Positions 1 to 9,066 of a stretch of DNA of 64,000 nucleotides are shown piece after piece. The stretch's first letter is position 1. The number at the start of each line of letters is the position of its first letter. The stretch comes from a virus (Duplodnaviria > Caudoviricetes): the IMG/VR virus record IMGVR_UViG_3300037312_000330, positions 160,001 to 224,000 of that record; one strand, given 5' to 3'. A program made the translations under genes and the position numbers. The notes under the pieces were generated by a model that was given only the letters and a program-made list of their open reading frames with translations, was not told where the DNA came from and ran no database searches.

Positions 1-1
1 G

Positions 2-595
2 ATCACGAAATATGACTTCGTGTCCACGCTCTTCGAGGGCAATCCGTTCATCAAGAAGTTGATGGAACCTGTCCCAGAGAACTACCGCTTCAACTATTAC
101 TATCTGGATGAGATCATCCTGTGGACACCGTATCGTGGTTCCGGTATTGGCGGAGTCGCACTGCAGAAATGGTTCTCCACGTTGAAGGCGCCTGCAGTCG
201 TTGCGCTGTCACCAGCCAGAATCGGTAATGTTCCGTATACAGCTTTGCTCCGTTTCTACAAACGGAACGGGATGAGACTGTTCAAATTTCAAGGTGATTA
301 CATGGCAATCACATTTATCAAACACCCAGACATGGCATCGTTCGTGGGTGACGAAGAAGCGGATACAGCCAACAATGGTGGGACACCGTTCTTCGACGAC
401 AAATCAGCAGCCGATCGCTACAACCTGAACAAGACCAATGTGACAGCGGATAAAGATTTTCGATCCACAAACCACAGTGTACAGCCGGGATCGGTTCGCT
501 ATCTGACATTTAAAGATTTGCGTGCCCACGCAGTCTCAGCAAATATCCGACGCATGGGACGCGTTCTTTCCTTCATAAAGGGTCAGAAGGAATGA
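2..595 (+). CDS. 5'-truncated protein with GNAT-like acetyltransferase region plus ASFVGDEEADT linker
   Basis: Frame is open from base 2 (ITKYDFVSTL...). YRGSGIG resembles the GNAT acetyl-CoA motif A and LLRFYKRNG resembles motif B. Confidence 0.55.
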   Translation: MTKYDFVSTLFEGNPFIKKLMEPVPENYRFNYYYLDEIILWTPYRGSGIGGVALQKWFSTLKAPAVVALSPARIGNVPYTALLRFYKRNGMRLFKFQGDYMAITFIKHPDMASFVGDEEADTANNGGTPFFDDKSAADRYNLNKTNVTADKDFRSTNHSVQPGSVRYLTFKDLRAHAVSANIRRMGRVLSFIKGQKE

Positions 596-615
596 TTAGT
601 TTGATTCCATATATT

Positions 616-633
616 GGCCCACACAGTTGGGCC
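616..633 (+). promoter_or_regulatory. GC-rich hairpin just upstream of the RBS of 649
   Basis: GGCCCA-cacagt-TGGGCC, followed by GAGGA RBS; no U-tract. Confidence 0.35.
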
Positions 634-648
634 TGTTGAGGATAATCT

Positions 649-1896
649 ATGGCAATCAAACGATTGTTTGGTGTTACAGAGATCGCGAGCACGCAGTTCC
701 GGTCTCTTTCTGATGCGGAACGGCACCTGAAGAAAATTCAGGAAGAGATCAAGGATGCCGCCGCGATGTTGCGTAACTATGAAGCTCAATTCGCACGCGT
801 GGAGCGCCATCCTGTCATGGCAGCCGATCTCACATTCATTATCAATAGCGGTGACGACAACAAAAAGAAGAGTGGAAAGATCGTCAGCGACCGCATCGAC
901 AAGATTGTAATTCCAAAGCTCGATACTCTTAAGAAGAACTTCGACGTAGTGGATGCCATTTCCGAGAAGATAAAAGAACTCGAGGGAATGGAAGCGAATG
1001 TTGCTGTCAACATGAAGGGAATGCGTGGTCAACCAGAACTGCTGAAAGCCATCAAGAGCACAAAGGCAGCGGCTGACGCGCAAATGAAAGCGGCGCTTGA
1101 ATATCTTGAAACGGTGGGACAGAAGTATGCCCCAACTCCGTTCAAGGAATTCCTTAAGGCCGTAAGCGCCAAACTAAACCAAGATCTCGAGTTCGACAAG
1201 TCGATCATCAGTGTGTACGCGTGGACAGCTCCTACAGAGGAGAACACGTTCACGGTGTATATCCATCTGAAAAACTTCAAAGACGACAACGGCGACATCT
1301 ATCCAGACTTCTACATTGTCTTCACTTGTGTTCTGGCTCCGATCAGCGGAGACAAGCATCAACTGAGCATCGAATACTATGTGACAGTGATGCACGATTT
1401 TGAATCTCCTGGCAAGTTCCACCAAGGACGTCGTGTCTACAACGTCAAAGAGGCGATGGTCGAAATCGGTCACCTGCTGTCCATGGAGAACATCAGTCAC
1501 TCGATCGGTACGCTGCCACACGGTCTGTATCGTCGTGATGAAGAGTTCAAGAACGCGATGAAACAGGGTGCCGGAGCCCGTGTCGACAAGGTGGAGATCG
1601 ATCCATCGTCGTTGACATTCTGGTTCTTCAAGAACGTAAAGCAAGCGGAAGCGCAGAAGCTGATGTCTAGTATGTACGTGGACGTCAAGGCTCTAATGTC
1701 GCATATCCGTGGTGCCAGTCTGAAGATGCGGCAGGTGGAAGAAGACGGCAGACTTGGTGTCAAGTTCAGCCTAATCAATCTGGCTAAGGAAGGTCAGTTG
1801 AATGTCCAAGATCTGGATTGGCTGAAGAGCACATTCAGCCTGCGTGACGATCAAGTACGTGACATCGTTAAGGTCATCAACAAATCGTCGAGGTAA
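649..1896 (+). CDS. hypothetical protein, probably virion-associated
   Basis: 415-aa ORF with RBS GAGGA and coiled-coil-like N-half; lies in the structural region. Confidence 0.6.
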   Translation: MAIKRLFGVTEIASTQFRSLSDAERHLKKIQEEIKDAAAMLRNYEAQFARVERHPVMAADLTFIINSGDDNKKKSGKIVSDRIDKIVIPKLDTLKKNFDVVDAISEKIKELEGMEANVAVNMKGMRGQPELLKAIKSTKAAADAQMKAALEYLETVGQKYAPTPFKEFLKAVSAKLNQDLEFDKSIISVYAWTAPTEENTFTVYIHLKNFKDDNGDIYPDFYIVFTCVLAPISGDKHQLSIEYYVTVMHDFESPGKFHQGRRVYNVKEAMVEIGHLLSMENISHSIGTLPHGLYRRDEEFKNAMKQGAGARVDKVEIDPSSLTFWFFKNVKQAEAQKLMSSMYVDVKALMSHIRGASLKMRQVEEDGRLGVKFSLINLAKEGQLNVQDLDWLKSTFSLRDDQVRDIVKVINKSSR

Positions 1897-1899
1897 GAT

Positions 1900-2145
1900 A
1901 TGCCCATCAAACATCGAGTGCAGGCTTTCGCGCCAAGTCCCGGATACGGTGGCGGTGGCGGAGAACCTTTCCACAAAGGACAGAAGGCTCGTGTACCTGA
2001 CATCGGAAAACTGAAGGGCGACACAGTAACAGTGGACTCCGAGTTGCAACCACCGGACAGACAGAACCCAGACGGTTGGTATTGGGTGAAGTTCAAGAAG
2101 GGTGGTCGTGTTAAGATGAAGGCGGGCGATCTGCGTCCGATCTAA
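1900..2145 (+). CDS. small SH3/KOW-like beta protein with N-terminal MPIKHRVQA signal
   Basis: FHKGQKARV...GDTVTV...WYWVKF pattern; shared N-terminal motif. Confidence 0.6.
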   Translation: MPIKHRVQAFAPSPGYGGGGGEPFHKGQKARVPDIGKLKGDTVTVDSELQPPDRQNPDGWYWVKFKKGGRVKMKAGDLRPI

Positions 2146-2146
2146 C

Positions 2147-2920
2147 ATGCCGATCCTACAACGAATACTGGCGGGCAAGTACACTTCAGACCGACTAACT
2201 CGCCAGGAAGCGAAAGACCTGATAGTCTCGCTACGCCCTTTGATACGCAAGCACTGTCAGCAGTTCGAGATCGCTGGCTCCTTCCGTCGTGGAAACACTG
2301 ACATTGGCGATCTTGACTTCGTTGTAGTCAACGCTGATACCGCTGGTCTGCTGCAAGCTCTAGTCCAATACAAGAACGCTGAGAAGGCACCCCGAGCTGG
2401 CAAGGACGTGATGACCGTCATCGTCCCATTTGGCAAGAAGAAGATTCAGGTAGAGTTTGTGAACGTGCTACCACGCGCAGTGGGCAGTGGTCTGTTGCAC
2501 AGTACCGGAAGCGGCGAGTTCAACGTTGGCCTGCGTTCGTTCGCCAAGTCTAAAGGAATGCTGCTCAATCAGCATGGTCTGTTCCGTGCAGACAATGAGC
2601 GCTTCCTTGCTGGTCGTACTGAAGAAGATGTGTTTGACAAACTGGGATTCGCGTTCATCCCGCCGAAGCAACGCAACCTCAGTTTTCTGACTCTCAAGGG
2701 CAAGTACCTTGTCGATCCGTACAAGAACAACTTCTTACTCAAGGAACCGAAAGGCGAAGGTAAGAAGTGGAAGGTCAAGTCGAAGTCTGATCCAACCAAG
2801 TTCTACTTTGTGACCTTGACTCCCAATGGTAAATGGAAGTGCACGTGTCCACAGTTCGTGTACCGCAAGCAAGAGTGTAAGCACATCCAATTCATTAAGG
2901 ACAAGAAGGGGTTGTCATGA
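2147..2920 (+). CDS. polX: minimal family X DNA polymerase fused to a C-terminal SWIM zinc finger
   Basis: IAGSFRRG..DIGDLD catalytic motif, HSTGSGEFN, AKSKGMLLNQHGLF; SWIM WKCTCPQFVYRKQECKH; no lyase or PHP domain. Confidence 0.9.
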   Translation: MPILQRILAGKYTSDRLTRQEAKDLIVSLRPLIRKHCQQFEIAGSFRRGNTDIGDLDFVVVNADTAGLLQALVQYKNAEKAPRAGKDVMTVIVPFGKKKIQVEFVNVLPRAVGSGLLHSTGSGEFNVGLRSFAKSKGMLLNQHGLFRADNERFLAGRTEEDVFDKLGFAFIPPKQRNLSFLTLKGKYLVDPYKNNFLLKEPKGEGKKWKVKSKSDPTKFYFVTLTPNGKWKCTCPQFVYRKQECKHIQFIKDKKGLS

Positions 2921-3123
2921 CCATCAGAGCAATAGCCCGACTGAAAGAGCTGGCTGCCGAGATTAAGCCCGAGAACAGAGGCAAATTGCACCGCCGGTTG
3001 GGGATCCCGGAAGATCAAGAGATACCAATGTCTCGCTTGCGTTCGGAACTCAAGAAGGCTAAGGACAGCGGTGACACAGAACTCGAGAAGATGGTGAACT
3101 TCGCTATCAATTTCAAGCACTAA
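2917..3123 (+). CDS. small basic phage protein (GxLHxxLGxP type)
   Basis: 68 aa; GKLHRRLGIPEDQEIP; ATGA overlap with polX. Confidence 0.65.
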   Translation: MTIRAIARLKELAAEIKPENRGKLHRRLGIPEDQEIPMSRLRSELKKAKDSGDTELEKMVNFAINFKH

Positions 3124-3125
3124 AC

Positions 3126-3710
3126 ATGCCGCATCCATATCTATACAAGCTGGCCCACAAGCATGGCATCTCAGTGGATGAAGCTGAGAAGCGGTGGAAT
3201 AAGGCGAAGTCCAGAGCCAAAGACGAAGGTAAGGACAAGGACTGGGTTTACATTACTGGAATCTTCAAGCGCAGTATGGGCGAGGGTGCCTCGTTCGTTG
3301 GTGATGAAGAGGCCGACACATACGATCCAGTGCTTCCTCCTGGAATGCAGCCTAACGCTTCCGTAGCCAGATTGCGTGAAGTCGCCGCGATGGCCAATCA
3401 GGCGCAGGCTAAACGATTCCTGCAGGGGATTGGGCTCCAACCTACTTCTGTAGGAATGGTTGAAGAGAACTACATCAGCTACAAGATCAAGGATCCTGGT
3501 GAGAGCAAGACGGTCAACATCATCACGCAGGCGCTCGGCGTGGCGGGTGTAAAGCAAGCGAAAGATTACGGTCCTGTAGTCAATCGCGTTACCAAGACGA
3601 TCCAATGGATCTGGCGTGTGCCGAGCCGTGGGGTCATCAAGTACTTCCCTTCTACACACAAAGTCGCGTTCATGAATCAGGAACTTGACGACAAAGGAGA
3701 GACCGTATGA
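3126..3710 (+). CDS. two-domain hypothetical protein, probable head cargo
   Basis: N-domain EAEKRWNKAK...WVYITGIFKR (ChaB-like helical), then ASFVGDEEADT linker and VARLREVAA motif. Confidence 0.65.
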   Translation: MPHPYLYKLAHKHGISVDEAEKRWNKAKSRAKDEGKDKDWVYITGIFKRSMGEGASFVGDEEADTYDPVLPPGMQPNASVARLREVAAMANQAQAKRFLQGIGLQPTSVGMVEENYISYKIKDPGESKTVNIITQALGVAGVKQAKDYGPVVNRVTKTIQWIWRVPSRGVIKYFPSTHKVAFMNQELDDKGETV

Positions 3711-4669
3711 AGACGAAAGCTGCGAAGCGTCTGCTGACAGCCGGTCGCTACGTTGGCACCCAGGAGTGGTTCCTTGGTATGCCAGAAGAGAAACAACGCG
3801 ATTATCTAGCGAAGAAACCTTGCTCCACGTTCAAGCCTGTCCACAAGGAAGTCCGTGAAACGAATGCGGACAGCAGCAAGAAGCAACAGACCAAGCTCCG
3901 CAAGCGTGCCGAGAAGCACCTGGACAACAAGACCGGACTGAGCACAGCAGCCGCGCCTAAGCTGGCCAAACCAGTGAAACTTGGCAAGACTGTAGACGGC
4001 AAGAACTACGTCTGGCGCGAAGAATGCATAATCAACCGACAAAAGGCAGAAGTCTACGTAGTCCGGAATAAGGCGGGTAAGGAGTTAGTTGCACTCAAGA
4101 ACTCTCGCGCAGCCTTCGAGTATCGACCTCTGGAGTCCAGCACCAGCACAGCGACAGCCCGTCTGCGTGAGATCGCCACGGGTCGTGGACCGGCGATTGG
4201 TGATCTCTGCAAGTTGAAGAAGCCGATTGGCGGATATTCGTACTTCCATTGCACTGGATTCGCCATCAATAAGAACAAGCAAGGTCTTGGTCCCATGGGT
4301 CTTGGAGACGGTCGCTTTCCGTTTGCTGGTGCCCAGATAGATGGGATCATTGGTAATCTGAAACCAACCCCATTGGCGACCAACGACTATGGACCCAAGA
4401 AGACTATCAAGCTAGAAGACATCGATACAGTGTTGGACGCACGCTCACGGCAACTCGAGATACAAGAATACCGTGACAAGCAACCGCTCGCCGTTGGATC
4501 AGTAGTCCGATTCAACGGACAGCTCTATACAGTGAAGAGCGGACCGCATTACGACACACCGAGACAGCGCAAGACAGACACGGCGTCCTGGTATGTGTGC
4601 GTAGACAAGAGTGGTGTCGAACACCAGATCAGCCGTGCTGCACTCGAATTCATGTACGGACCACGCTAA
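3707..4669 (+). CDS. multi-domain basic hypothetical protein, probable head cargo
   Basis: 320 aa; WFLGMPEEKQRDYLAKKP motif, internal TARLREIA, C-terminal SH3-like GSVVRFNG. Confidence 0.65.
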   Translation: MKTKAAKRLLTAGRYVGTQEWFLGMPEEKQRDYLAKKPCSTFKPVHKEVRETNADSSKKQQTKLRKRAEKHLDNKTGLSTAAAPKLAKPVKLGKTVDGKNYVWREECIINRQKAEVYVVRNKAGKELVALKNSRAAFEYRPLESSTSTATARLREIATGRGPAIGDLCKLKKPIGGYSYFHCTGFAINKNKQGLGPMGLGDGRFPFAGAQIDGIIGNLKPTPLATNDYGPKKTIKLEDIDTVLDARSRQLEIQEYRDKQPLAVGSVVRFNGQLYTVKSGPHYDTPRQRKTDTASWYVCVDKSGVEHQISRAALEFMYGPR

Positions 4670-4672
4670 GAT

Positions 4673-6157
4673 ATGGACAACTCCACAACTTTGTGCGTAA
4701 AGTTCCCCGCTGACAGTAGCAACGTCACAGTCAGCTTTGCCGACGTACTTGTGGGTGGGGAGCAGATCGTAAGCGGAGTGCTTGGCACCAGCACTCCAAC
4801 CGGGTTGACAGTCAGCAGTCTGAGTTTCACGGGCACGACCATCAGCCTGAATGTCGCTGCTGGAACAGACAAGCAAAGTTACGGGGTCCAAGTCACTGCG
4901 AATACGGACGCCGGTCACGTCTACACGAAGGTGCTTGCAGTCGTGATCAACAGTGATCTGGCTGCCGACTATCAGAACACGAACGTAGACGCGTTCCAAG
5001 CTCTGGTCGGAAAACTGGAAGCCGGAACTGCTGCCCTAGGTAAAGCCGCGTTCATGTTCCCTGGAACAGTGGATACCACATCCGGTATCGTAACGTGGGA
5101 TCTGCTGGATCAGAATGGAGTAGTGCTTGCCAACGGACAGGCGTTCGACTATCAGACGATCGCAGTAGCAAGTGGCAAGCGTGCCGAGGCACAAGCTGTT
5201 ATCACGGCTCCGTCGAACACAACGCCTACACTGGACGGACAGTCGTATCAGCTCCGTTGGACACTGACTCTCAACGGACAGCAATACTTCTCGTTCGAGA
5301 GTCTGCAAATCACCGGTCCGGCCACTGTGCCGGAAGGTGTCGAAGATGTCATCGAGATGGATGACGTTACGGCGTTCACCATCTACATGGTATCTGATCA
5401 GCCGTGGGACACCGTGACCGTCGATGTTTACGATGAGAACACCAAGATCGTTGTGGATGCACCGACTGCAGCTCCAACACAAACTGCTGACGGATGGCAG
5501 TATATGTGTCAGTTCCAGCCGGATCCAAACAACCTTATGCTGGCGCGTTTGGAAAGCTACACTGTCGTTTGGAAGACTAGCAATGTCGCGCGTCCTGGCT
5601 ATGTGGAACGACAGACAGGACGTTTGTTTGTAGTCAATGCTTCTATCATGGCTGCTGTCACAGACATGCGGACCGTGATCGCCAAGGCAGAGACAACGAT
5701 TCTGGGCACCAAAGACATCCTGTTCACGGATACGCTGCTACTTGCGTATCTGCGTCGTGGTAAAGACGCCTTCAACATCGCTTACGGTATGTTCACGGCG
5801 TTCGACATGACTAACGCACAAGGGCCGGTACGCGAATACTGGATGCGCTATTCTGAGATAACTGCACTCCGGGCTCAATTCTTGGCCGAAGGCGAGAAAG
5901 TGTTCAACTTCTCAGGACAGGCTATCCAGTTGGATTCGGATCGCACCACCTACTATCAGCAGCTCGCTGACAACATCGAGCAGCGGATCTCAGAGGAATG
6001 CAAGATGATCAAGCAAAACCTGATCAAGAAGGGTATCCTGGGTGGTGACGGAAACCTGAAGGATCTGACGGCGATGCGACATGGTTCCAACGGTGCTGTT
6101 GCCATCACGATCACGCCGGCGTCTACTCTGGGATATCGCTTTGCGCGGAGATTCTAA
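4673..6157 (+). CDS. virion structural protein, possible head-tail adaptor/neck
   Basis: Thr/Val-rich beta (Ig-like) N-part; helical C-part (LLAYLRRGKDAFN...FNFSGQAIQLDSDRTTYYQQ) resembling adaptor proteins; inference. Confidence 0.5.
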   Translation: MDNSTTLCVKFPADSSNVTVSFADVLVGGEQIVSGVLGTSTPTGLTVSSLSFTGTTISLNVAAGTDKQSYGVQVTANTDAGHVYTKVLAVVINSDLAADYQNTNVDAFQALVGKLEAGTAALGKAAFMFPGTVDTTSGIVTWDLLDQNGVVLANGQAFDYQTIAVASGKRAEAQAVITAPSNTTPTLDGQSYQLRWTLTLNGQQYFSFESLQITGPATVPEGVEDVIEMDDVTAFTIYMVSDQPWDTVTVDVYDENTKIVVDAPTAAPTQTADGWQYMCQFQPDPNNLMLARLESYTVVWKTSNVARPGYVERQTGRLFVVNASIMAAVTDMRTVIAKAETTILGTKDILFTDTLLLAYLRRGKDAFNIAYGMFTAFDMTNAQGPVREYWMRYSEITALRAQFLAEGEKVFNFSGQAIQLDSDRTTYYQQLADNIEQRISEECKMIKQNLIKKGILGGDGNLKDLTAMRHGSNGAVAITITPASTLGYRFARRF

Positions 6158-6462
6158 TGCCAATCACACATCGCATTCAAGCTGCTGCCAAGGGTGACTT
6201 CGAGAAGAAGATCCTGGAATTTCTAGAGAACAACTTCGAAGCAATGGCTGATTCTACAGGAAAACGTGGCTTCGGCAAGTACAATAAGCGAACTCAGTTG
6301 GACTACTTGATGTCGTACGTCCAGAACGACCGCGAGTACTGGAAAGAGTTCAGTGACGAAGACCCTGAGTTTGACGCTAAGCTCACGAAATGGCTCAAGC
6401 TGGCCCCACACGCGCAGTTGGAACAGCTTCTGCCGTTCTTCAACAAACTCGACTACGATTGA
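6157..6462 (+). CDS. hypothetical protein with MPITHRIQAA signal
   Basis: 101 aa; TAATG overlap with the upstream gene. Confidence 0.7.
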   Translation: MPITHRIQAAAKGDFEKKILEFLENNFEAMADSTGKRGFGKYNKRTQLDYLMSYVQNDREYWKEFSDEDPEFDAKLTKWLKLAPHAQLEQLLPFFNKLDYD

Positions 6463-6791
6463 TGTTCTTCAAACGTAACAAGTCTGGAGTCACGAAGATC
6501 GTCCGTGATAACTATCACAAAGATAAGACACGTGTTGATCTGAAGAAAGTTGGTCTGACTATCAAGGACGATTGGTACACGCTGAAGGCCCGTGTCCTAA
6601 AACGTGATAACTACCGATGTAAACAGTGCGGAACAAAACACGGTTCTGACGATCCGAAACGTCTAGGCAAGAAGATCTGGCTAGACGCACACCACATACG
6701 AGAGTTGAGTAAGGGTGGCACGACAACTATGGCAAACCTCATCAGCCTATGTCGCTATTGTCATCTAACTCGACATTCACATCATTTCTAA
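6462..6791 (+). CDS. HNH endonuclease
   Basis: RVLKRDNYRCKQC...LDAHHI..LSKGG....NLISLCRYCH; start placed at ATG 6462 (TGATG overlap). Confidence 0.9.
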   Translation: MFFKRNKSGVTKIVRDNYHKDKTRVDLKKVGLTIKDDWYTLKARVLKRDNYRCKQCGTKHGSDDPKRLGKKIWLDAHHIRELSKGGTTTMANLISLCRYCHLTRHSHHF

Positions 6792-6806
6792 GGATAAACA
6801 CACATC

Positions 6807-7253
6807 ATGGGTGCTCGTTATTTTACCAACGCGTCTCGTCCACATATGGACAGCCACAATGGTATTCGCCTGTTCACTAATGAACCACGCATCCATGTGC
6901 TGTGGGACGGCAAAGACACCAATCGCCAGAATTCCACAATGGCGGCTGGAGTTATTTGGGTGCCGCTCATGTCGCTGATGCGTCAAGGAAATAGTCTCGG
7001 ATATGGATTCCAAGTGCAGGGTTCTGGTGTCACCAAGATTGAGGGATCGATGAGTCCTGCTCGTCAGGCTCTGTACATGAAGGACAACGATACGTATTGG
7101 AACGCCATCGTCACAGCAGAGAACGCCAATTTCCAGACGATTTCTACTGCTCCAACGGCAGGCACTGTGGTTCAAAGTCTGAATTTCTACACGCTCGCCC
7201 GAATCACGTTTAGCGTGGGTACTCCATCGTCTGTCGTAATCACCACCATCTAA
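6807..7253 (+). CDS. hypothetical beta-rich protein, possibly structural
   Basis: 148-aa ORF with RBS AAGGA. Confidence 0.6.
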   Translation: MGARYFTNASRPHMDSHNGIRLFTNEPRIHVLWDGKDTNRQNSTMAAGVIWVPLMSLMRQGNSLGYGFQVQGSGVTKIEGSMSPARQALYMKDNDTYWNAIVTAENANFQTISTAPTAGTVVQSLNFYTLARITFSVGTPSSVVITTI

Positions 7254-7256
7254 TAT

Positions 7257-7280
7257 CTGAGATCGTTGCTCAGTATTTTT
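7257..7280 (+). terminator. possible intrinsic terminator
   Basis: CTGAG-atcgttg-CTCAG followed by TATTTTT. Confidence 0.4.
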
Positions 7281-7332
7281 ATGTGTAACCCGTTGAGGTC
7301 GCTTATCAAACACAATCCCATGGAGATCGCAT

Positions 7333-7788
7333 ATGTCCGACCCCACGGGGATTCTCAGCGTTTCCGTTGAGGGATCCCCGTCCAATGAGGACCCTGCTGA
7401 TGATGGTGCTTCACTAGAGGCAATTATCCAGGCGTACCTCGACGTAAATCCCACCCCAAGTGACGAACAGATTCACCATCTCGCAGCAATGCTCGGAATG
7501 ACACCCGAGTCGTTCGAGGAGGTAATCTACAAGATGTTCGGTCAATACGTGTCTGACGACATGCCAGCTATCAATGATGCGCTGACAGGTCTGAGTATGC
7601 GTGACGCACCGGAGGATCCGATTGAGGAACTGCTAGTCAAGTTCTTCGTCGCGCATCCGGAACCGTCTGACGAACAGATCCACCACCTAGCTGCGCTTAT
7701 CGGGTTTACGCCCGAGACGCTTGAGGAGCGTTTGTATTCCATGCTGTCTGATCTGGAATCAATCGATCCTACCAACCCATCCATCTGA
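7333..7788 (+). CDS. acidic protein with two tandem helical (homeodomain/HTH-like) repeats
   Basis: PSDEQIHHLAA.(L/I)G.TPE..EE..Y.M occurs twice. Confidence 0.7.
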   Translation: MSDPTGILSVSVEGSPSNEDPADDGASLEAIIQAYLDVNPTPSDEQIHHLAAMLGMTPESFEEVIYKMFGQYVSDDMPAINDALTGLSMRDAPEDPIEELLVKFFVAHPEPSDEQIHHLAALIGFTPETLEERLYSMLSDLESIDPTNPSI

Positions 7789-7796
7789 GGCCCATC

Positions 7797-8603
7797 ATGC
7801 AAGAATTCCGTTATTTCGATCTCGACAAAGTTGCTTCCCAGCTCAGCCGCTACACGGTCAGCGTTCACGACTACAAGATGATCAGCCCCACGGTAGCGCG
7901 CGTCATCCTGTCGTACACAGGCAGTGCTCCGACACAAGACGAAGTGCGCCAGCAAATCGCTTCTATCTTCCAGGGTAGTGCTGCTCCGATTGCCGGTTCG
8001 TTCCGCGAACTGACCCGTGCTGGCGACGTGAAGTCTGTCATCGGTTTCGTGAAGGCCAGTCGCGAAGTCAAGCCTTTCGAAGAAGCTGCCGCCAACGGTA
8101 AGGACTACAAGGTTATGGCTTCCAATCTGCTGATGCAGACAGCAGACGGCTCTATGTGGGAGATCAAGTCGGGTGCGATGGGCAAGTATCTGGCGAAGCA
8201 AAGCAACGACGATCTGCGTCAGCTCATCCATCTGGCGCAGAATACCTGCGCCGGCATTCCAAAGTTCAATCAGATCGCCTCGCTGGCGTCTGTGGCTGAA
8301 CCCAAGGAGTTTGCCGCGTTTGTCGACCTGAACGCTGAAGAAGTGCTGCATGGTTTCGTGGTGGCCTCCACCGAAGACAAGGTGACCGTCATTGCCAAGG
8401 AAACTGGCGAAGCTGTCGAAGTGGCTGCTGATCAGCTCGTTCACATCCAGGAAGTGAGCGCCAACGAGCTTGGTGACAAACAGATGGCTGCGGACATGAG
8501 CGATCCCAATGCGGTGATCGAATACTGGCGCTCCGTCTACCGCTACAGCCCGGAGTACATCCAGAAGATCATCGACATGGTTGGAATGCACTCGTACGCC
8601 TAA
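7797..8603 (+). CDS. hypothetical protein, probably a highly expressed head component
   Basis: 268 aa with strongly biased codons; followed by a strong terminator. Confidence 0.6.
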   Translation: MQEFRYFDLDKVASQLSRYTVSVHDYKMISPTVARVILSYTGSAPTQDEVRQQIASIFQGSAAPIAGSFRELTRAGDVKSVIGFVKASREVKPFEEAAANGKDYKVMASNLLMQTADGSMWEIKSGAMGKYLAKQSNDDLRQLIHLAQNTCAGIPKFNQIASLASVAEPKEFAAFVDLNAEEVLHGFVVASTEDKVTVIAKETGEAVEVAADQLVHIQEVSANELGDKQMAADMSDPNAVIEYWRSVYRYSPEYIQKIIDMVGMHSYA

Positions 8604-8613
8604 GAGCGCCCTA

Positions 8614-8652
8614 GGGAGCCCTGTCCGTGTGTACGGATACGGCTCCCTTTTT
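8614..8652 (+). terminator. rho-independent terminator
   Basis: GGGAGCC...TGTCCGT-gtgt-ACGGATA...GGCTCCC followed by TTTTT. Confidence 0.8.
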
Positions 8653-8668
8653 CGTTTAAGGAACACAT

Positions 8669-9064
8669 ATGGCAATTACTCATCGCATCGTGGCGGCACC
8701 TTCCAAGAAGGCGTACATGTCTTGGGCAGAAATGCAGAAGACCATGTCTAACGTGATGATGGAGCTGAGGGCAAACGGATTGAAGTTTGCTCCTGAGTAT
8801 GATTTCCTCAAAGCTCCTTCGTACGTTAGAAGAGGCTACTACAGCACAAAAGTCACTGCAAAGGAAGTCCAAGAAGTGTTGCGCAGGCGTGGCTTTCGGA
8901 TGGACAATCGCTTCGCTGTTCTCTACAAAAAGATTGGCTCCAAGTCTGTCGAGATCTCATTTGAAGAACGTGGACCAACTCTTCACATGGAACTCACCGT
9001 TTCTGACAACAATGGTCCTGAAGATCAAGATGTAGTAGGTCCAGGTCACAGCCACTATGACTAA
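8669..9064 (+). CDS. hypothetical protein with MAITHRIVAA signal
   Basis: 131 aa with RBS AAGGA. Confidence 0.7.
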   Translation: MAITHRIVAAPSKKAYMSWAEMQKTMSNVMMELRANGLKFAPEYDFLKAPSYVRRGYYSTKVTAKEVQEVLRRRGFRMDNRFAVLYKKIGSKSVEISFEERGPTLHMELTVSDNNGPEDQDVVGPGHSHYD

Positions 9065-9066
9065 GA

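Noticed and set aside
7542-8675. 377-aa antisense ORF opposite 7333-8603
   Set aside because: Shadow of strongly biased + strand genes; no recognisable motifs.
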